A stretch of 64,000 nucleotides of DNA, taken from assembly GCA_965205855.1 (NCBI GenBank), contig OZ242184.1:886570-950569 (forward strand), written 5' to 3'. This DNA is from Thermodesulfobacteriota bacterium (GTDB taxonomy: Bacteria > Desulfobacterota_D > UBA1144 > Nemesobacterales > Mycalebacteriaceae). Positions 1 to 11,047 of this stretch are shown here, one piece after another. The notes beneath the pieces are model-generated. The model did not search any database and was not told the DNA's origin. It saw only the letters and a list, made by a program, of their open reading frames with translations. The translations under genes were made by a program, and so were the position numbers. Position 1 is the first letter of the stretch, and each line of letters starts with the position of its first letter.

Positions 1-1
1 C

Positions 2-913
2 TCAAAGCGGAATATGTCCGTTGACATTTTCGGAGAGAAATTCTCAATGCCGATTTTTGTGGCTCCGACTGCTTTTCACGGGCTTGCATCACCCGAAGCG
101 GAGATTGCAACTGTAAAAGCCGCAAAAAAGGCACAAACGCTTATGATTCTCAGCACTCTTTCAAACACAACCCTTGAGAATGTGAAAAAAGAGACGTCCG
201 TTCCGCTTTTGTTTCAGCTGTATGTCTACAGAGACAGAAGTGCCACGGCGGAGCTTGTGAAAAGAGCCGAACAAGCGGGATACAAAGCAATTGTTGTTAC
301 GGTGGACGCGCCCATTCTCGGAACGCGCGAACGCGATGTGCGCAACGACTTCAAACTTCCCGAAGGACTGACCATAAGAAACATGACTCCGATGCAACTT
401 GAGAAAATGAGCAAGGAATCCGGCTCCGGTCTCGGCAACTACTTTGCCTCGTCAATAGACCCTTCCCTTTCGTGGAAAGACATTGAATGGCTCAAAAGCA
501 TAACAAAACTTCCCGTTCTCGTGAAGGGAGTTGTTCATCCCGAAGACGCGAAGATTGCGCTTAAAAGCGGAGCGGACGGAATTGTGGTTTCAAATCATGG
601 CGGAAGACAGTTGGATACAAGCCCGGCGACAATAGACGCGCTCCCCGATGTCGCAAAGGCTATGGACGGAAAGGGATTGCTGTTTGTGGACGGCGGGGTA
701 CGGCGCGGAACCGATGTTTTCAAGGCGCTTGCACTTGGAGCGGACGCCGTTCTTGTGGGAAGGCCTGTCCTGTGGGGACTTGCCGCAAGAGGCGAAGAAG
801 GAGCTTCTGCGGTGCTTGAAATCCTCAGAGCCGAGTTTGACAAAACGATGATGCTCTGCGGATTCTGCTCCGTGGATGAGATAAAACGAAAGGGAAAAGA
901 GATTCTGTTTTAG
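2..913 (+). CDS. FMN-dependent alpha-hydroxy acid oxidase/dehydrogenase (glycolate oxidase / L-lactate oxidase family); 5' end lies outside the window (frame open to nt 2).
   Basis: The ORF aligns from about residue 60 of family members (SMPIFVAPTA...; KGVVHPEDA; VSNHGGRQLD; VDGGVRRGTD) and is open upstream to the window edge. Confidence 0.75.
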   Translation, partial: SKRNMSVDIFGEKFSMPIFVAPTAFHGLASPEAEIATVKAAKKAQTLMILSTLSNTTLENVKKETSVPLLFQLYVYRDRSATAELVKRAEQAGYKAIVVTVDAPILGTRERDVRNDFKLPEGLTIRNMTPMQLEKMSKESGSGLGNYFASSIDPSLSWKDIEWLKSITKLPVLVKGVVHPEDAKIALKSGADGIVVSNHGGRQLDTSPATIDALPDVAKAMDGKGLLFVDGGVRRGTDVFKALALGADAVLVGRPVLWGLAARGEEGASAVLEILRAEFDKTMMLCGFCSVDEIKRKGKEILF

Positions 914-923
914 TTTCCTCAGA

Positions 924-1271
924 TTAAAGCAAATTATAAATCAACATAAATACATAGCGCATATTCGGGCTTGTTTTCTGCATGTTAAGTTTTGGCTGAA
1001 GGTTGTTTATGCCCCCGAAAAGAGCGGCGTTGTAGGCTCCCGCTACAATTTTGAACTCTTCAAAATCAACCACCGGCTCATCAGGCACCGAAAGCGGGCG
1101 CACATTCCTTTCCGCTCCGGTGATTTTAATGCCACCCCCCTCAACCCTGGCAAGAAACCATCTCTGAGAATCCGGCAACATATACTCTATGCCGTCTCCG
1201 ACTTTTTTCTTCAATAGTTCCCACTCTTTTTCGGGCGAATCGCCGAAATCCAATTTTCTGTCTTTAAGCAT
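924..1271 (-). CDS. Hypothetical protein, 115 aa, with no motif I recognise.
   Basis: A clean ORF lying between two confident genes. Confidence 0.4.
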   Translation of the reverse strand: MLKDRKLDFGDSPEKEWELLKKKVGDGIEYMLPDSQRWFLARVEGGGIKITGAERNVRPLSVPDEPVVDFEEFKIVAGAYNAALFGGINNLQPKLNMQKTSPNMRYVFMLIYNLL

Positions 1272-1333
1272 TTTACACTTCCCTTTTTCAGTTGTTTGGC
1301 TTTAATATAACTGACCTATACAATTAGCCGAGT

Positions 1334-2704
1334 ATGGAAAATCAAGAACTGACAGAATCCGTAAAAAAACACATTAAAAACGGAAACAGGGCGGGAATTT
1401 TCCACGCGCTCTCTGAAATTCATCCTTCTGAAATAGCAAAGATTATAGACCCTCTGGAGACCGAAGAGCAGTCTTTTGTGCTTTCCTCCCTCGGAGTTCA
1501 AATATCTTCGGAAGTCATACCAGAGATGGACGAGAATGTCCGCGAAGAACTGCTTTCCAGACTTGATGAACAGCAGATAGCCGATATTGCCGGGAATATG
1601 GATTCGGACGACGCGGCGGATCTCATACAGGAACTGCCTGAAGAAAAAGCCGAAGAGGTTCTTTCCAAAATAGACCCCGAAGAGCTCAGGGAAGTTGAGC
1701 CTCTGCTCAAATACCCCGATGACTCCGCGGGCGGAATCATGCAAACAGAAGTTCTCACTGGAGGCACGGAGTCACCGGTCAGGGAAACCGTTGAGCGGAT
1801 TAGAGAACTCTCCCGTTCAAGAGAGATTGAGGAATACCAGAGAGTCTATGTGGTTGACGACCTGGACAAACTGGTTGGAATGGTCTCCCTTGGAAAACTC
1901 GCGATTTCGGACTCGGCGGCACCTCTGCGCGACATTATGGAGTCGGCAGAGATCACCCTGTCTCCGCTTACGGATCAGGAGGAAACCGCCGTTTTGTTCC
2001 GGAAATACAATCTGCTTTCCGCTCCCGTAATAGACGAAGACGGAAAACTTCTCGGCAGAATAACCGGCGACGACATTATGGATGTCATATCCGAGGAAGC
2101 CGAGGAAGACATATACCAGTTGGTCGGACTGGGAGACCATTTACACCCGATACATACTCCCACCGCGGAAAGAATTAAAGTCAGAATACCCTGGATTATT
2201 CTTACGCTTCTGGGAGAGCTTCTCATAGCGTTTGTGGTTCTGCACAACTTCCAGGTTACGCTTGAGCAGTTTGCCATCCTTGCCGCTTTTATGCCGGCGA
2301 TTATGGCGGCGGGCGGAAACGTCGGGGTTCAGACAAACACGGTTATCATAAGGTCGCTGGGAATGGAAACCATCAGAGGTAGCGGGCAGATATTGTCCAT
2401 CCTCCTCGCTGAAATAAAAGTCGGGTTCATCCTGGGAGTGATATGCGGAGTTATAGGGGCCATTACAGTGGAGCTTATAAATACCAAACCGGAACAGATA
2501 GACAACCTCGCGGTTGGCGCCACGGTTTTTATAGCCATGATTTCGGCAACAGTCGCCACATCTTCAATAGGGGTTTTTCTCCCGATAGTTTTGAAAAAAC
2601 TTAACATAGACCCCGCGGCTTCATCCGGGCCCTTCCTGATGATGTTCAATGACATACTTGGTTCGGTTTTCTACCTCTTTTTGGGAACATTGTTGCTGTT
2701 TTGA
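1334..2704 (+). CDS. mgtE: Magnesium transporter MgtE.
   Basis: It has an acidic MgtE-N domain, tandem CBS-like region and a C-terminal 5-TM MgtE membrane domain, at 456 aa. Confidence 0.85.
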   Translation: MENQELTESVKKHIKNGNRAGIFHALSEIHPSEIAKIIDPLETEEQSFVLSSLGVQISSEVIPEMDENVREELLSRLDEQQIADIAGNMDSDDAADLIQELPEEKAEEVLSKIDPEELREVEPLLKYPDDSAGGIMQTEVLTGGTESPVRETVERIRELSRSREIEEYQRVYVVDDLDKLVGMVSLGKLAISDSAAPLRDIMESAEITLSPLTDQEETAVLFRKYNLLSAPVIDEDGKLLGRITGDDIMDVISEEAEEDIYQLVGLGDHLHPIHTPTAERIKVRIPWIILTLLGELLIAFVVLHNFQVTLEQFAILAAFMPAIMAAGGNVGVQTNTVIIRSLGMETIRGSGQILSILLAEIKVGFILGVICGVIGAITVELINTKPEQIDNLAVGATVFIAMISATVATSSIGVFLPIVLKKLNIDPAASSGPFLMMFNDILGSVFYLFLGTLLLF

Positions 2705-3414
2705 CAAACCGCAATATAAAAAGCTGCGAGGCTTTGGTTATAAAAAAAACTCCGCTCGGCGAATCCGATATCGCGGTTGTGTTTTTCACAAAAGAGTTCG
2801 GCAAGCTCAGAGCGACGGCAAAGAATGCGGTTTCGAGCAGAAAAAGATTCGGCGGTCGGCTTGAACTTTTCACCCGTCTGAAAATTGAACTGAGAAAGAC
2901 CCTCGCGGGTACGACAACGCTGGAAAGCGCGGAATTGATAAAGAGTTTTGAAGATGTGGTAAAAGACATGAGAATCTTTCTCAAGGCAAACTGCATTGTT
3001 GAGTTTATAGACGCGGCACTACCGGAAAACGAAGAGCCGTGTGAAATAATGTTCACTGAAGCGCTGAAAGCCTTTTCATCAATGGAAAAAGGAGACGGGA
3101 TTGCGGCGATGATAAAATTCCAAATGGTCTCTCTTGAAACCCTCGGATACGGAGCGGATTTGTCGCGTTGTGGCGAGTGCGAAAGAAATGATTTCGCACG
3201 TGGGTCGCTGGTTTTTTCGACCGGTCTTTTCCTGTGCGACGAGTGCGGACGCAAAGAGGTAGCAAAGCCCGCGAAGAAAATCATGCGCGCAAACGCCCTC
3301 GTAGAAGACGAAGACGCGTTTGAAACCATCAACTGCCTGAACGCTTTCTTTCAATATCAGACGGGAAAAATATTGAAATCCGCGAAAGTTCTGGAGAGTA
3401 TGTTGCTGATATGA
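2701..3414 (+). CDS. recO: DNA repair protein RecO.
   Basis: It has an N-terminal OB-fold-like region and a C-terminal Cys4 zinc motif (CGECE...CDECG), at 237 aa, with a 4-nt overlap with mgtE. Confidence 0.7.
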   Translation: MTNRNIKSCEALVIKKTPLGESDIAVVFFTKEFGKLRATAKNAVSSRKRFGGRLELFTRLKIELRKTLAGTTTLESAELIKSFEDVVKDMRIFLKANCIVEFIDAALPENEEPCEIMFTEALKAFSSMEKGDGIAAMIKFQMVSLETLGYGADLSRCGECERNDFARGSLVFSTGLFLCDECGRKEVAKPAKKIMRANALVEDEDAFETINCLNAFFQYQTGKILKSAKVLESMLLI

Positions 3415-4622
3415 GCGCTGCAAAGTTAAAAAAAAATTCTCCCGTTTCGGTTCCAGGGTTTCTGTTCAGTTCGCTTTCGTGCGGAATAAAAAAAGGCGGA
3501 AAGCCCGATCTCGCGCTTATCTATGCGGAGAAACCCGCGGTCACGGCGGCGATATTCACAAAAAACAGACTCAAGGCCGCTCCGGTTCTTCTGGGAATGA
3601 AGCGCGTAAAACAGGGAAAATGCCAAGCGCTTTTGATAAACAGCGGACATGCGAACGCGATAACCGGAAAGGAAGGCGGCAAAGCGGCGGAATTGACCAC
3701 ACGTGCTCTCGCGGGCAAATTAAAAATTCCCCCCGGCCTTGTCATACCTTCGTCAACGGGACTGATTGGCGGAAGGTTTCCTTCCGGAAAAATTGTAAAA
3801 GCGGTTCCGCGCCTGATTTCACAACTTTCCGCAAGCGGAGCAGACAAAACGGCGCGCGCGATAATGACAACCGACCGGTTTTCAAAAATCTCTTCAAGAA
3901 AAATTAAAATCGGCGGACTTGCGGGAACCGTCTGCGCAATTGGAAAAGGCGCGGGGATGATTGCGCCTGACATGGCGACAATGCTTTGTTTTGTTCTGAC
4001 CGACATAAATATTTCAAAAACTTTCTCCGGAAAAATATTGCGAAAAGCCGCCGATGGCTCATTCAACCGCATAATTGTGGACGGCGATATGTCAACAAAC
4101 GATTCGGTGTTTCTTCTTTCAAGCGGAGAGCTGGGAAACAAAACCCTCGCGCCCGAAAGCACGGACAGCAAACGTTTTGACAAAGCCGTTTGCGAGGTGT
4201 GTTTTGACATCGCGCAAATGATAGTCAGGGACGGCGAAGGGGCGACAAAGACCGCGCGTATTGAAGTTGAAGGAGCAAAAAATGACCGTGATGCGGATAA
4301 AGTCGCGAGGGCTGTGGGTGGGTCTGTCCTTGTAAAATGCGCGCTTTTCGGAGAAGACCCTAATTTTGGCAGATTTGCTGCGGCTGCGGGGAGGTCCGGA
4401 GCGAATTTCAATCCCGCAAAAATGGATATTTTTATCGGCGCACTGAGGGTTGTAAGCGGCGGAAAAGAAATGACAAATGCTGAAAAAAAAGCCGCGGAAA
4501 TAATGAAAAAGGATGATTTGATAATAAAAATCCGCCTTTTCGAAGGAAAAGGAAAAGCGTTTACGCTTGTGTCAGACCTATCACTTGACTATGTGAAACT
4601 GAACTCGGAATATAGGAGTTAA
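3411..4622 (+). CDS. argJ: Bifunctional glutamate N-acetyltransferase / amino-acid acetyltransferase ArgJ.
   Basis: It carries the ArgJ fold signature with the autoprocessing ATML site (PDMATMLCFV), at 403 aa. Confidence 0.85.
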   Translation: MSAAKLKKNSPVSVPGFLFSSLSCGIKKGGKPDLALIYAEKPAVTAAIFTKNRLKAAPVLLGMKRVKQGKCQALLINSGHANAITGKEGGKAAELTTRALAGKLKIPPGLVIPSSTGLIGGRFPSGKIVKAVPRLISQLSASGADKTARAIMTTDRFSKISSRKIKIGGLAGTVCAIGKGAGMIAPDMATMLCFVLTDINISKTFSGKILRKAADGSFNRIIVDGDMSTNDSVFLLSSGELGNKTLAPESTDSKRFDKAVCEVCFDIAQMIVRDGEGATKTARIEVEGAKNDRDADKVARAVGGSVLVKCALFGEDPNFGRFAAAAGRSGANFNPAKMDIFIGALRVVSGGKEMTNAEKKAAEIMKKDDLIIKIRLFEGKGKAFTLVSDLSLDYVKLNSEYRS

Positions 4623-4627
4623 GTGCC

Positions 4628-4650
4628 GCCTGAAAATCAGGCAATTATTC
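4628..4650. terminator. Candidate bidirectional terminator hairpin between convergent argJ and pyrD.
   Basis: The sequence GCCTGA-AAA-TCAGGC forms a short stem-loop followed by an A/T-rich stretch; the stem is weak. Confidence 0.25.
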
Positions 4651-5742
4651 CGTCCCCACAATTTCCGCAACAGAGTCAACCCCCTCCCTTTCCATAAAAC
4701 GCGCGATGCCCCTGTTGATTTGAGACGCGACACCGGAGCCCTCTCCCCTTATTGCCGTAAATACCTGAACGGCATTCGCTCCGGCTTTGATTTTCTCAAG
4801 AGCGGTTTTCGTATCCTTTACCCCGCCAGAGCCGATAATTGTCATTTTCCCTCCGGTCTGCGAGCGGATGTATCTAATCCGGTTTGTTGAGAGTTTTCTG
4901 TAACCCTCATCATCACCGCTTATTCCGCCGCTTTCGTCCTTCCATCTTGCGCCGTATTTTGATTTTATCCCGGAAGAACTGGTTGTGTTCGTGGCAATAA
5001 TGCCCGATGCGCCAGTTGTTTCAACCGCTTCAATCACCTCGTCTGTTTCAGAATGTGAAATCTCAGGAGATATTTTCACATAAACAGGAATTTTTTTGTC
5101 TTGTGAGGCAATTGTAACGACACTTTGAAGTATTTGATAAAGTGCATCTCTGCGCTGTAAATCCCTTAATCCCGGCGTATTCGGGGAGCTGACATTAACG
5201 GCGAAATATGACGCGAACGGAAGCAGTTTCCGAGCAACCGCCGCATGGTCTTTCGGAGCGTTTTCCGATGGAACTCCTCTGTTGAAACCGATGCTTATTC
5301 CTATGGGAATTGGGAACGGAGCAGTGTTTTGAAGGTTTTGGGCAACCCCCCCTGCGCCCGGGCTGTTAAAACCGAGCCGATTCAGGAACACTCCGGGGGC
5401 CAGAGAGAAAAGGCGCGGTTTCGGATTTCCGGGTTGGGGATGAAGGGTTACCGAACCAATTTCCACGCAAGAAAAACCGAGAGCGTAGATACCGGAAATT
5501 GCCCTTCCCTTTTTGTCCCAACCCGCCCCGACAATAAGCGGGTTTTCAAGGCGCAGACCGTCAATCTCAACCTCAAGCCGCTTATCTTTGAACCTTCTCC
5601 CGCTGTTTGCGGCAAGCTCGGCAAGCAAAAGCGTAATTCGCGTTTTAGCGGCAAAATGCAACCCTTCAACTGCAAGAAAATGAAGGGTTTCGGAATCTAA
5701 TCTGTCAAGAAACGGGCTTACAAAATTTTTATAGATTGACAT
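4645..5742 (-). CDS. pyrD: Dihydroorotate dehydrogenase (quinone), class 2.
   Basis: It has an N-terminal membrane-association helix and a TIM-barrel with FMN-binding motifs (GFNSPG, IIATNTT, GGV). Confidence 0.85.
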   Translation of the reverse strand: MSIYKNFVSPFLDRLDSETLHFLAVEGLHFAAKTRITLLLAELAANSGRRFKDKRLEVEIDGLRLENPLIVGAGWDKKGRAISGIYALGFSCVEIGSVTLHPQPGNPKPRLFSLAPGVFLNRLGFNSPGAGGVAQNLQNTAPFPIPIGISIGFNRGVPSENAPKDHAAVARKLLPFASYFAVNVSSPNTPGLRDLQRRDALYQILQSVVTIASQDKKIPVYVKISPEISHSETDEVIEAVETTGASGIIATNTTSSSGIKSKYGARWKDESGGISGDDEGYRKLSTNRIRYIRSQTGGKMTIIGSGGVKDTKTALEKIKAGANAVQVFTAIRGEGSGVASQINRGIARFMEREGVDSVAEIVGTE

Positions 5743-5751
5743 TTCAACCCT

Positions 5752-6837
5752 CTACACATTGAAACGAAAAAGCATAATATCCCCGTCACAAACTTCATAG
5801 CCTTTTCCCTCGGCTCTCATTTTTCCGGCTTCCTTCGCCGCCGATTCGGAACCGGCGACGATGAAATCTTCATATTTTATTGTTTCCGCCCTTATAAAAC
5901 CTTTTTCAAAATCGGAATGAATAACTCCCGCCGCCGCAGGCGCCTTTGTTCCCAGTTTTATAGTCCACGCCTTCACCTCCTTGGGTCCGGCGGTGAAATA
6001 GGTTATAAGTCCCAAGCCTTTGTAAGCCGCTTGCACAAGTTTTTCAAGTCCTGTTCTGTCAATGCCCATTTCATTGAAGAACTCTTCCCTTTCTTCAAGG
6101 TCAAGCCCTGATATTTCTTCTTCTATTTTCGCGCAGATGTTCACTACGGGGCTTGAGGTTTTCTGTGCGTGAAGTTCCACCTGTTTTGAAAATTCGGACT
6201 CCCGCGCCACATCATCAATATTGCACACATACAAAACCGGCTTCGCGGTCAGCAAAAAAAGTTGCTGTTCTTTCTCAATCTCAAGCCAATCACAATGGCC
6301 GCGGACGGAATTGCCGTCTTCAATAAACTCTCTCAGTTTTCTAACATCAGACAGCTGTTTTTTTATGTCTTTGTCGCCGCTTTTGGCTTGCGTAGCAAGT
6401 TTCTGTTCTTTTTTTTCCAGAGTTTCAAGATCTTTCAATATCAGTTCGGTCTCAATTGTCTCAATGTCACGCCCGGGATTCAAAACGCCGTCAACATGCG
6501 TAACATCACCGTCCTCAAAACATCGGACGACATGAACTATTAAATCCATCTCGCGTATATGAGAAAGAAAAGCGTTGCCCTTGCCCTTGCCCTCGGACGC
6601 GCCCTTCACAATTCCCGCGATGTCAACAAACTCGATAAAAGCCGGAACCATTTTTTCGGGTTTCACAAATGACTGTATTTTTTCAAGCCGCTCGTCAGGA
6701 ACCGCAGCAACACCGATGTTCGGCTCTATTGTGCAGAAAGGGAAGTTTGCTGCTTCCGCGTTTCCGTTAGAAAGAGAGTTGAAAAGTGTTGATTTGCCCA
6801 CATTGGGAAGCCCTACCACGCCGCATTTGAGTCCCAT
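5752..6837 (-). CDS. ychF: Ribosome-binding ATPase YchF (Obg-like).
   Basis: Walker A (GLPNVGKSTLFN) and a TGS C-terminal domain are present. I trimmed the start to MGLKCG at 6837 because the longer track ORF overlaps tRNA-His. Confidence 0.85.
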   Translation of the reverse strand: MGLKCGVVGLPNVGKSTLFNSLSNGNAEAANFPFCTIEPNIGVAAVPDERLEKIQSFVKPEKMVPAFIEFVDIAGIVKGASEGKGKGNAFLSHIREMDLIVHVVRCFEDGDVTHVDGVLNPGRDIETIETELILKDLETLEKKEQKLATQAKSGDKDIKKQLSDVRKLREFIEDGNSVRGHCDWLEIEKEQQLFLLTAKPVLYVCNIDDVARESEFSKQVELHAQKTSSPVVNICAKIEEEISGLDLEEREEFFNEMGIDRTGLEKLVQAAYKGLGLITYFTAGPKEVKAWTIKLGTKAPAAAGVIHSDFEKGFIRAETIKYEDFIVAGSESAAKEAGKMRAEGKGYEVCDGDIMLFRFNV

Positions 6838-6870
6838 AATTTTTTCTTTCCTGGTATTTCCCTTTAAAAG

Positions 6871-6949
6871 TGGGGTGAATGACCGGATTTGAACCGGCGA
6901 CCTCCGAGGCCACAACTCGGCGCTCTAACCATGCTGAGCTACATCCACC
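6871..6949 (-). tRNA. tRNA-His (GTG), with encoded G-1 and CCA.
   Basis: A hand-folded cloverleaf has the anticodon loop TTGTGGC, an extra 5' G pairing with discriminator C, and an encoded CCA. Confidence 0.8.
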
Positions 6950-6956
6950 ATATTTT

Positions 6957-7031
<75 letters not shown>

Positions 7032-7054
7032 AATATCGTATCAAATTCCGCAAG

Positions 7055-7131
7055 TGGTCGGGGCGAGAGGGCTCGAACCTCCGACCCCGGCGCCCCAAAC
7101 GCCGTGCGCTACCAAACTGCGCCACGCCCCG
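7055..7131 (-). tRNA. tRNA-Pro (TGG), with encoded CCA.
   Basis: A hand-folded cloverleaf has acceptor CGGGGCG/CGCCCCG, anticodon loop TTTGGGG and a GGTTCGA T-loop. Confidence 0.75.
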
Positions 7132-7208
7132 AATCCGATGCGGTTTTTCCTATTATACATTGAGAAAAAGACGGGACAATGAAAAAAAACAACTGCGGAA
7201 TGCGCATT

Positions 7209-8105
7209 TCAGTTTTCCATTCTGAATTTTTTCCAATATCTGACAAGCCCGCCGGTGTTCATCCCCACAGTGTCGGTCTTTCTGTATGTTTCGAGAAGGT
7301 CTTTGCCGTTTGTACTTTCAGTCACGCGCTTGTCAAGAATGTCCTGAAACTCACGGGTGATTTCGTCTTCGGACGTGCCACTTTCCACTTTTTCACCGAT
7401 CCAGGATGAAAATTCCTCAAGATTTGCGGATAATTCGTCCAGATGCGCTACAACATCGGTCGCGGGTCCAAAATGTGTCGGACAAAGGGTTTCGGGCGCG
7501 ATGCCGCGAATGGTTTTTATGGTTTCCTGCCAGAGTTCTATGTTGATTTCGGGCGGCGGAGTCGGAGGAATCACCGCGCCGCCTTCTATTCTGACACCCG
7601 TGGCGTCTCCCGTGAAAAGAGTTCCGTCTTCTTCGCAAAGGTAGCAGTGGTGGTGCCCCGCATGACCGGGAGTGTCAAAAGCCCGTATTTTTAAATTGCC
7701 TACCGAGACCGTGTCGCCGCCGTTGACAACACGAACTTTGTCCTCCGGCACGGGAAGTACTTCGCCCCAAAGCGTTTTCATTTTGTCTCCGAAAACTCTA
7801 GTGGCAGAGGATACAAGACGTTCGGGCGCGGTTAAATGCACCGCTCCGTTGGGATGAACATACACCCGCGCCCCGTTTTGAGCGTACTTCCACGCGCCGC
7901 CACTGTGATCAAGATGTATGTGAGTTACAAAAACGTGTTTTATATCCCCAAGCGACAAGCCAAGCCGCTCAAGATTTTTTTCAACATTCTGAGATGTGGA
8001 TTCCGGACCGCTCTCTATCAGAACAATGCCATCCGAGCTTTCAAACAAGTATGAGGCGATAACCCGCGGAGAAAGAAAATTGTGGTCTATTATCTTTGCT
8101 CTCAT
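7209..8105 (-). CDS. Metallo-beta-lactamase (MBL)-fold metallo-hydrolase.
   Basis: It has the HxHxDH motif ([10 protein letters not shown]) and downstream His/Asp ligands. Confidence 0.75.
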   Translation of the reverse strand: MRAKIIDHNFLSPRVIASYLFESSDGIVLIESGPESTSQNVEKNLERLGLSLGDIKHVFVTHIHLDHSGGAWKYAQNGARVYVHPNGAVHLTAPERLVSSATRVFGDKMKTLWGEVLPVPEDKVRVVNGGDTVSVGNLKIRAFDTPGHAGHHHCYLCEEDGTLFTGDATGVRIEGGAVIPPTPPPEINIELWQETIKTIRGIAPETLCPTHFGPATDVVAHLDELSANLEEFSSWIGEKVESGTSEDEITREFQDILDKRVTESTNGKDLLETYRKTDTVGMNTGGLVRYWKKFRMEN

Positions 8106-8152
8106 AAATTACAATCTACTATCAGAAGTTTTTTTTACAAGGCGCAAAAACC

Positions 8153-9037
8153 ATGACCCCGATACTCAAATTGAAAACTACGAAAAAATCCGCCGATATA
8201 TGGATAAAACTTGAGAATATAAGCAACTCGGGAAGCTCCAAGGAAAGAATCTGCTCCGCGATAATTTCTGATGCGGAAAACAGAGGGAAACTCCATCCCG
8301 GCAAAACAACCGTGGTTGAGGCGACAAGCGGCAACACGGGCATCGCGCTCTCGCTTGTGTGCGTCGAAAAAGGATACCGCACGACTCTTTTCATGCCCGA
8401 AAACACCGCCGCCGAAAAAAAATCCCTTGCCAGGCTGTTCGGCGCGGAAATTGTTGAAACCCCCTCGGATGAGTCCTTGCGGGGGGCGATAAGAAGAGCC
8501 GGAAAGTTTGCCGCTGAAATGCCGGATGAGCGTTTCTTTGCCAATCAGTTCTCAAACCCGTTGAACCCCGCAACGCACAGGACACAAACCGCGCGTGAAA
8601 TAATCGCTCAGGCAAAACAAAAGGACACCGGTGCAATAGACGCTTTTATAATGGGGGTCGGCACCGGCGGAACAATTACGGGCGTGGGGCTTGAGATTAA
8701 AAATGTATTCCCGAACGCCGAAGTCGTCGCCGTTGAGCCTGAATCTTCGGCGGTTCTCTCCGGCGGAAAGCCCGGGAAACACTCAATTTCTGGCATAGGA
8801 ACGGGTTTTATTCCGGATATTCTGGACACCGGAGCATATAACCGGGTGGTTACCGTAACGGATGGTGAAGCATTGAAGGGAGTCTCCGAACTTGCCCTTA
8901 ACAACGGGATCTTCGCGGGAATTTCATCCGGCGCGAACTATGTCGCCGCATTGAAAATGGCGGAAGAACTGGGTCCGGAAAAACAGGTTTTCACCATCGC
9001 GTGCGATTCGGGAAACCGTTATATTTCAATGAAATAA
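8153..9037 (+). CDS. cysK: Cysteine synthase (O-acetylserine sulfhydrylase), PLP-dependent.
   Basis: Fold-type II PLP motifs (SGNTGIAL, GVGTGGTITG, SSGAN) are present, at 294 aa. Confidence 0.8.
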   Translation: MTPILKLKTTKKSADIWIKLENISNSGSSKERICSAIISDAENRGKLHPGKTTVVEATSGNTGIALSLVCVEKGYRTTLFMPENTAAEKKSLARLFGAEIVETPSDESLRGAIRRAGKFAAEMPDERFFANQFSNPLNPATHRTQTAREIIAQAKQKDTGAIDAFIMGVGTGGTITGVGLEIKNVFPNAEVVAVEPESSAVLSGGKPGKHSISGIGTGFIPDILDTGAYNRVVTVTDGEALKGVSELALNNGIFAGISSGANYVAALKMAEELGPEKQVFTIACDSGNRYISMK

Positions 9038-9100
9038 AACACGTCCCCACCATAAAGGTTGAAACACATTGTCGCGTATGATATTTTCACAAAATACCCA

Positions 9101-11047
9101 ATGAAAAGTAGCATATTCAAGAATATATTCATCTGGTTGCTGATTTTTGTCGGTCTCGTAGCGTTCTATCAGTTCAGGGGAATGCCGCAAGACAAGCCGC
9201 TGGAAATATCCTACAGCGATTTTCTCGCCCATGTTGAAAACGGGAAAATCAGCAGTGTGGAAATAACCCTTGAAGATAGCTTAATTCAGGGCTCATTTAC
9301 AAAAGGATTTATCCCGCTGCAAGAGGCATTGCCTGAAAACGCCGCGTCTGTACAAGGCGCTGAAGCGAACAAAACCGACCGGTCTGTTACTTTCAAAACA
9401 TTCGGTCCCGTGGAAGAGAACTACCTGCTTCAAACTCTCAGAGAAAACGGAGTAAAGTTCAGTTACGCGAAAAATTCGGGTAGAAGCTTCGGGCAGATTT
9501 TAATAAGCTGGGGACCGTTTCTGCTCCTTATAATACTTATGGTTTTCTTTCTGCGCCAGATTCAGGCAGGCGGCTCAAAAGCGATGTCCTTCGGCAAGAA
9601 CAAGGCTAAAAAACTGGACACTGAAAACAACAAAATAACATTTGACGATGTGGCGGGAATCGAAGAAGCAAAAGAGGAAGTCGGAGAGATAGTAGACTTT
9701 CTGCAAAACCCGGCAAGGTTCACTTCAATAGGAGGCAAAATTCCGAAAGGGGTGTTGCTTGTTGGGCCCCCCGGAACGGGAAAAACCCTTCTCGCCCGCG
9801 CGATTGCGGGAGAAGCCAACGTTCCATTTTTTCTGATAAGCGGAAGTGATTTTGTTGAAATGTTTGTTGGCGTCGGCGCTTCAAGGGTCAGAGACCTTTT
9901 CGCTCAGGCGAAAAAGAGTGCTCCATGCATAATATTTGTGGATGAACTTGACGCGGTCGGCAGGCACAGAGGAGCTGGTCTTGGAGGAGGCCATGATGAA
10001 AGGGAGCAAACCCTCAACCAGCTTCTTGTGGAAATGGACGGCTTTGAAAACAACAGGGGAACAATAGTTATGGCGGCAACAAACCGTCCCGATGTTCTTG
10101 ACCCTGCGCTTCTGCGTCCGGGGAGGTTTGATAGACAGATAGTTGTTTCCAGACCCGACTTCAAAGGACGCAAAGCCATACTTCAGGTTCACTCAAGAAA
10201 AACCCCTCTGCAAACAAATGTGGACCTTGAGGTAATAGCACTGTCAACTCCGGGGTTTTCCGGCGCGGATCTTGAAAACCTTGTGAATGAGTCGGTTCTT
10301 CACGCTGCGCGCAATGGAAACAAGATGGTCTCAATGGAAGACTTTGAATACGCCAAGGACAAAATAATGATGGGTTCGGAAAGAAAAAGTCTTGTCATAA
10401 ATGAGAAAGAGCGGAATATCACTGCTTACCACGAAGCCGGACACGCCGTGGTCGCAAAACTCACTCCGGGCGCGGACCCAGTGCACAAGGTAACAATTAT
10501 TCCGCGTGGAATGGCTCTCGGCCTCACGCAGCAGATACCCAAAGAAGACACATACACACAGTCGCGCTCTTATCTGAACACTTTGATAATGGTGCTGCTC
10601 GGCGGGCGCGCAGCGGAAGAAATCATCTTCGGAGAACGCACAAGCGGAGCCGGAAACGATTTGAAAAGAGTTACCGAAATAGCCAGAAAGATGGTCTGCG
10701 AGTGGGGAATGAGCGAAAAAATAGGCCCCATATCACTCGCGAAAACCGAAGAGCAAGTTTTCCTCGGAAAAGAGTTTGCGAAAGCATTCGACCACAGTCA
10801 GCGGACCGCCGAAAAAATAGACATGGAAATCAAAGCGATTGTGGAAATGAACTATGGGAAAAGCAAAAGGGTTTTGAACAACAACATAGAACTGCTCAAA
10901 TCGGTTGCCAAGAGGCTTTTAAAAAAAGAAAGCATCACCGGCAGGGAAATAGACGAAATAATGGAAGCCTCAAACCTTTTCGTCAAACATTTTAAAGACA
11001 GAAAATCCTCAGAAATGGAATCGGGGCCGCAACAAGCCCGCGCATGA
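9101..11047 (+). CDS. ftsH: ATP-dependent zinc metalloprotease FtsH.
   Basis: It has an N-terminal TM region, an AAA+ module ([14 protein letters not shown], second region of homology) and HEAGH zinc site. I prefer the ATG at 9101 over the TTG track start at 9059. Confidence 0.85.
   Translation: MKSSIFKNIFIWLLIFVGLVAFYQFRGMPQDKPLEISYSDFLAHVENGKISSVEITLEDSLIQGSFTKGFIPLQEALPENAASVQGAEANKTDRSVTFKTFGPVEENYLLQTLRENGVKFSYAKNSGRSFGQILISWGPFLLLIILMVFFLRQIQAGGSKAMSFGKNKAKKLDTENNKITFDDVAGIEEAKEEVGEIVDFLQNPARFTSIGGKIPKGVLLVGPPGTGKTLLARAIAGEANVPFFLISGSDFVEMFVGVGASRVRDLFAQAKKSAPCIIFVDELDAVGRHRGAGLGGGHDEREQTLNQLLVEMDGFENNRGTIVMAATNRPDVLDPALLRPGRFDRQIVVSRPDFKGRKAILQVHSRKTPLQTNVDLEVIALSTPGFSGADLENLVNESVLHAARNGNKMVSMEDFEYAKDKIMMGSERKSLVINEKERNITAYHEAGHAVVAKLTPGADPVHKVTIIPRGMALGLTQQIPKEDTYTQSRSYLNTLIMVLLGGRAAEEIIFGERTSGAGNDLKRVTEIARKMVCEWGMSEKIGPISLAKTEEQVFLGKEFAKAFDHSQRTAEKIDMEIKAIVEMNYGKSKRVLNNNIELLKSVAKRLLKKESITGREIDEIMEASNLFVKHFKDRKSSEMESGPQQARA

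Noticed and set aside
3521-4411. 296-aa antisense ORF inside argJ. Similar long antisense ORFs are 14081-14740 in glmM, 16721-17419 in folC, 29689-30684 in ahcY, 31924-32520 in the GST gene, 34515-35315 in the oxidoreductase gene and 52702-53316 in the HNH gene.
   Set aside because: Each lies entirely opposite a gene with strong recognisable motifs and has no motifs itself. These are shadow ORFs typical of GC-moderate coding sequence.
6838-6915. N-terminal extension of the ychF track ORF (MWPRRSPVQIRSFTPLLKGNTRKEKI).
   Set aside because: It overlaps tRNA-His on the same strand. Homology begins at MGLKCGVVG, so the start is trimmed to 6837.
9059-9100. TTG start for ftsH at 9059.
   Set aside because: It is a non-ATG start with a poorly spaced Shine-Dalgarno sequence. 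The ATG at 9101 begins the expected hydrophobic FtsH N-terminus.
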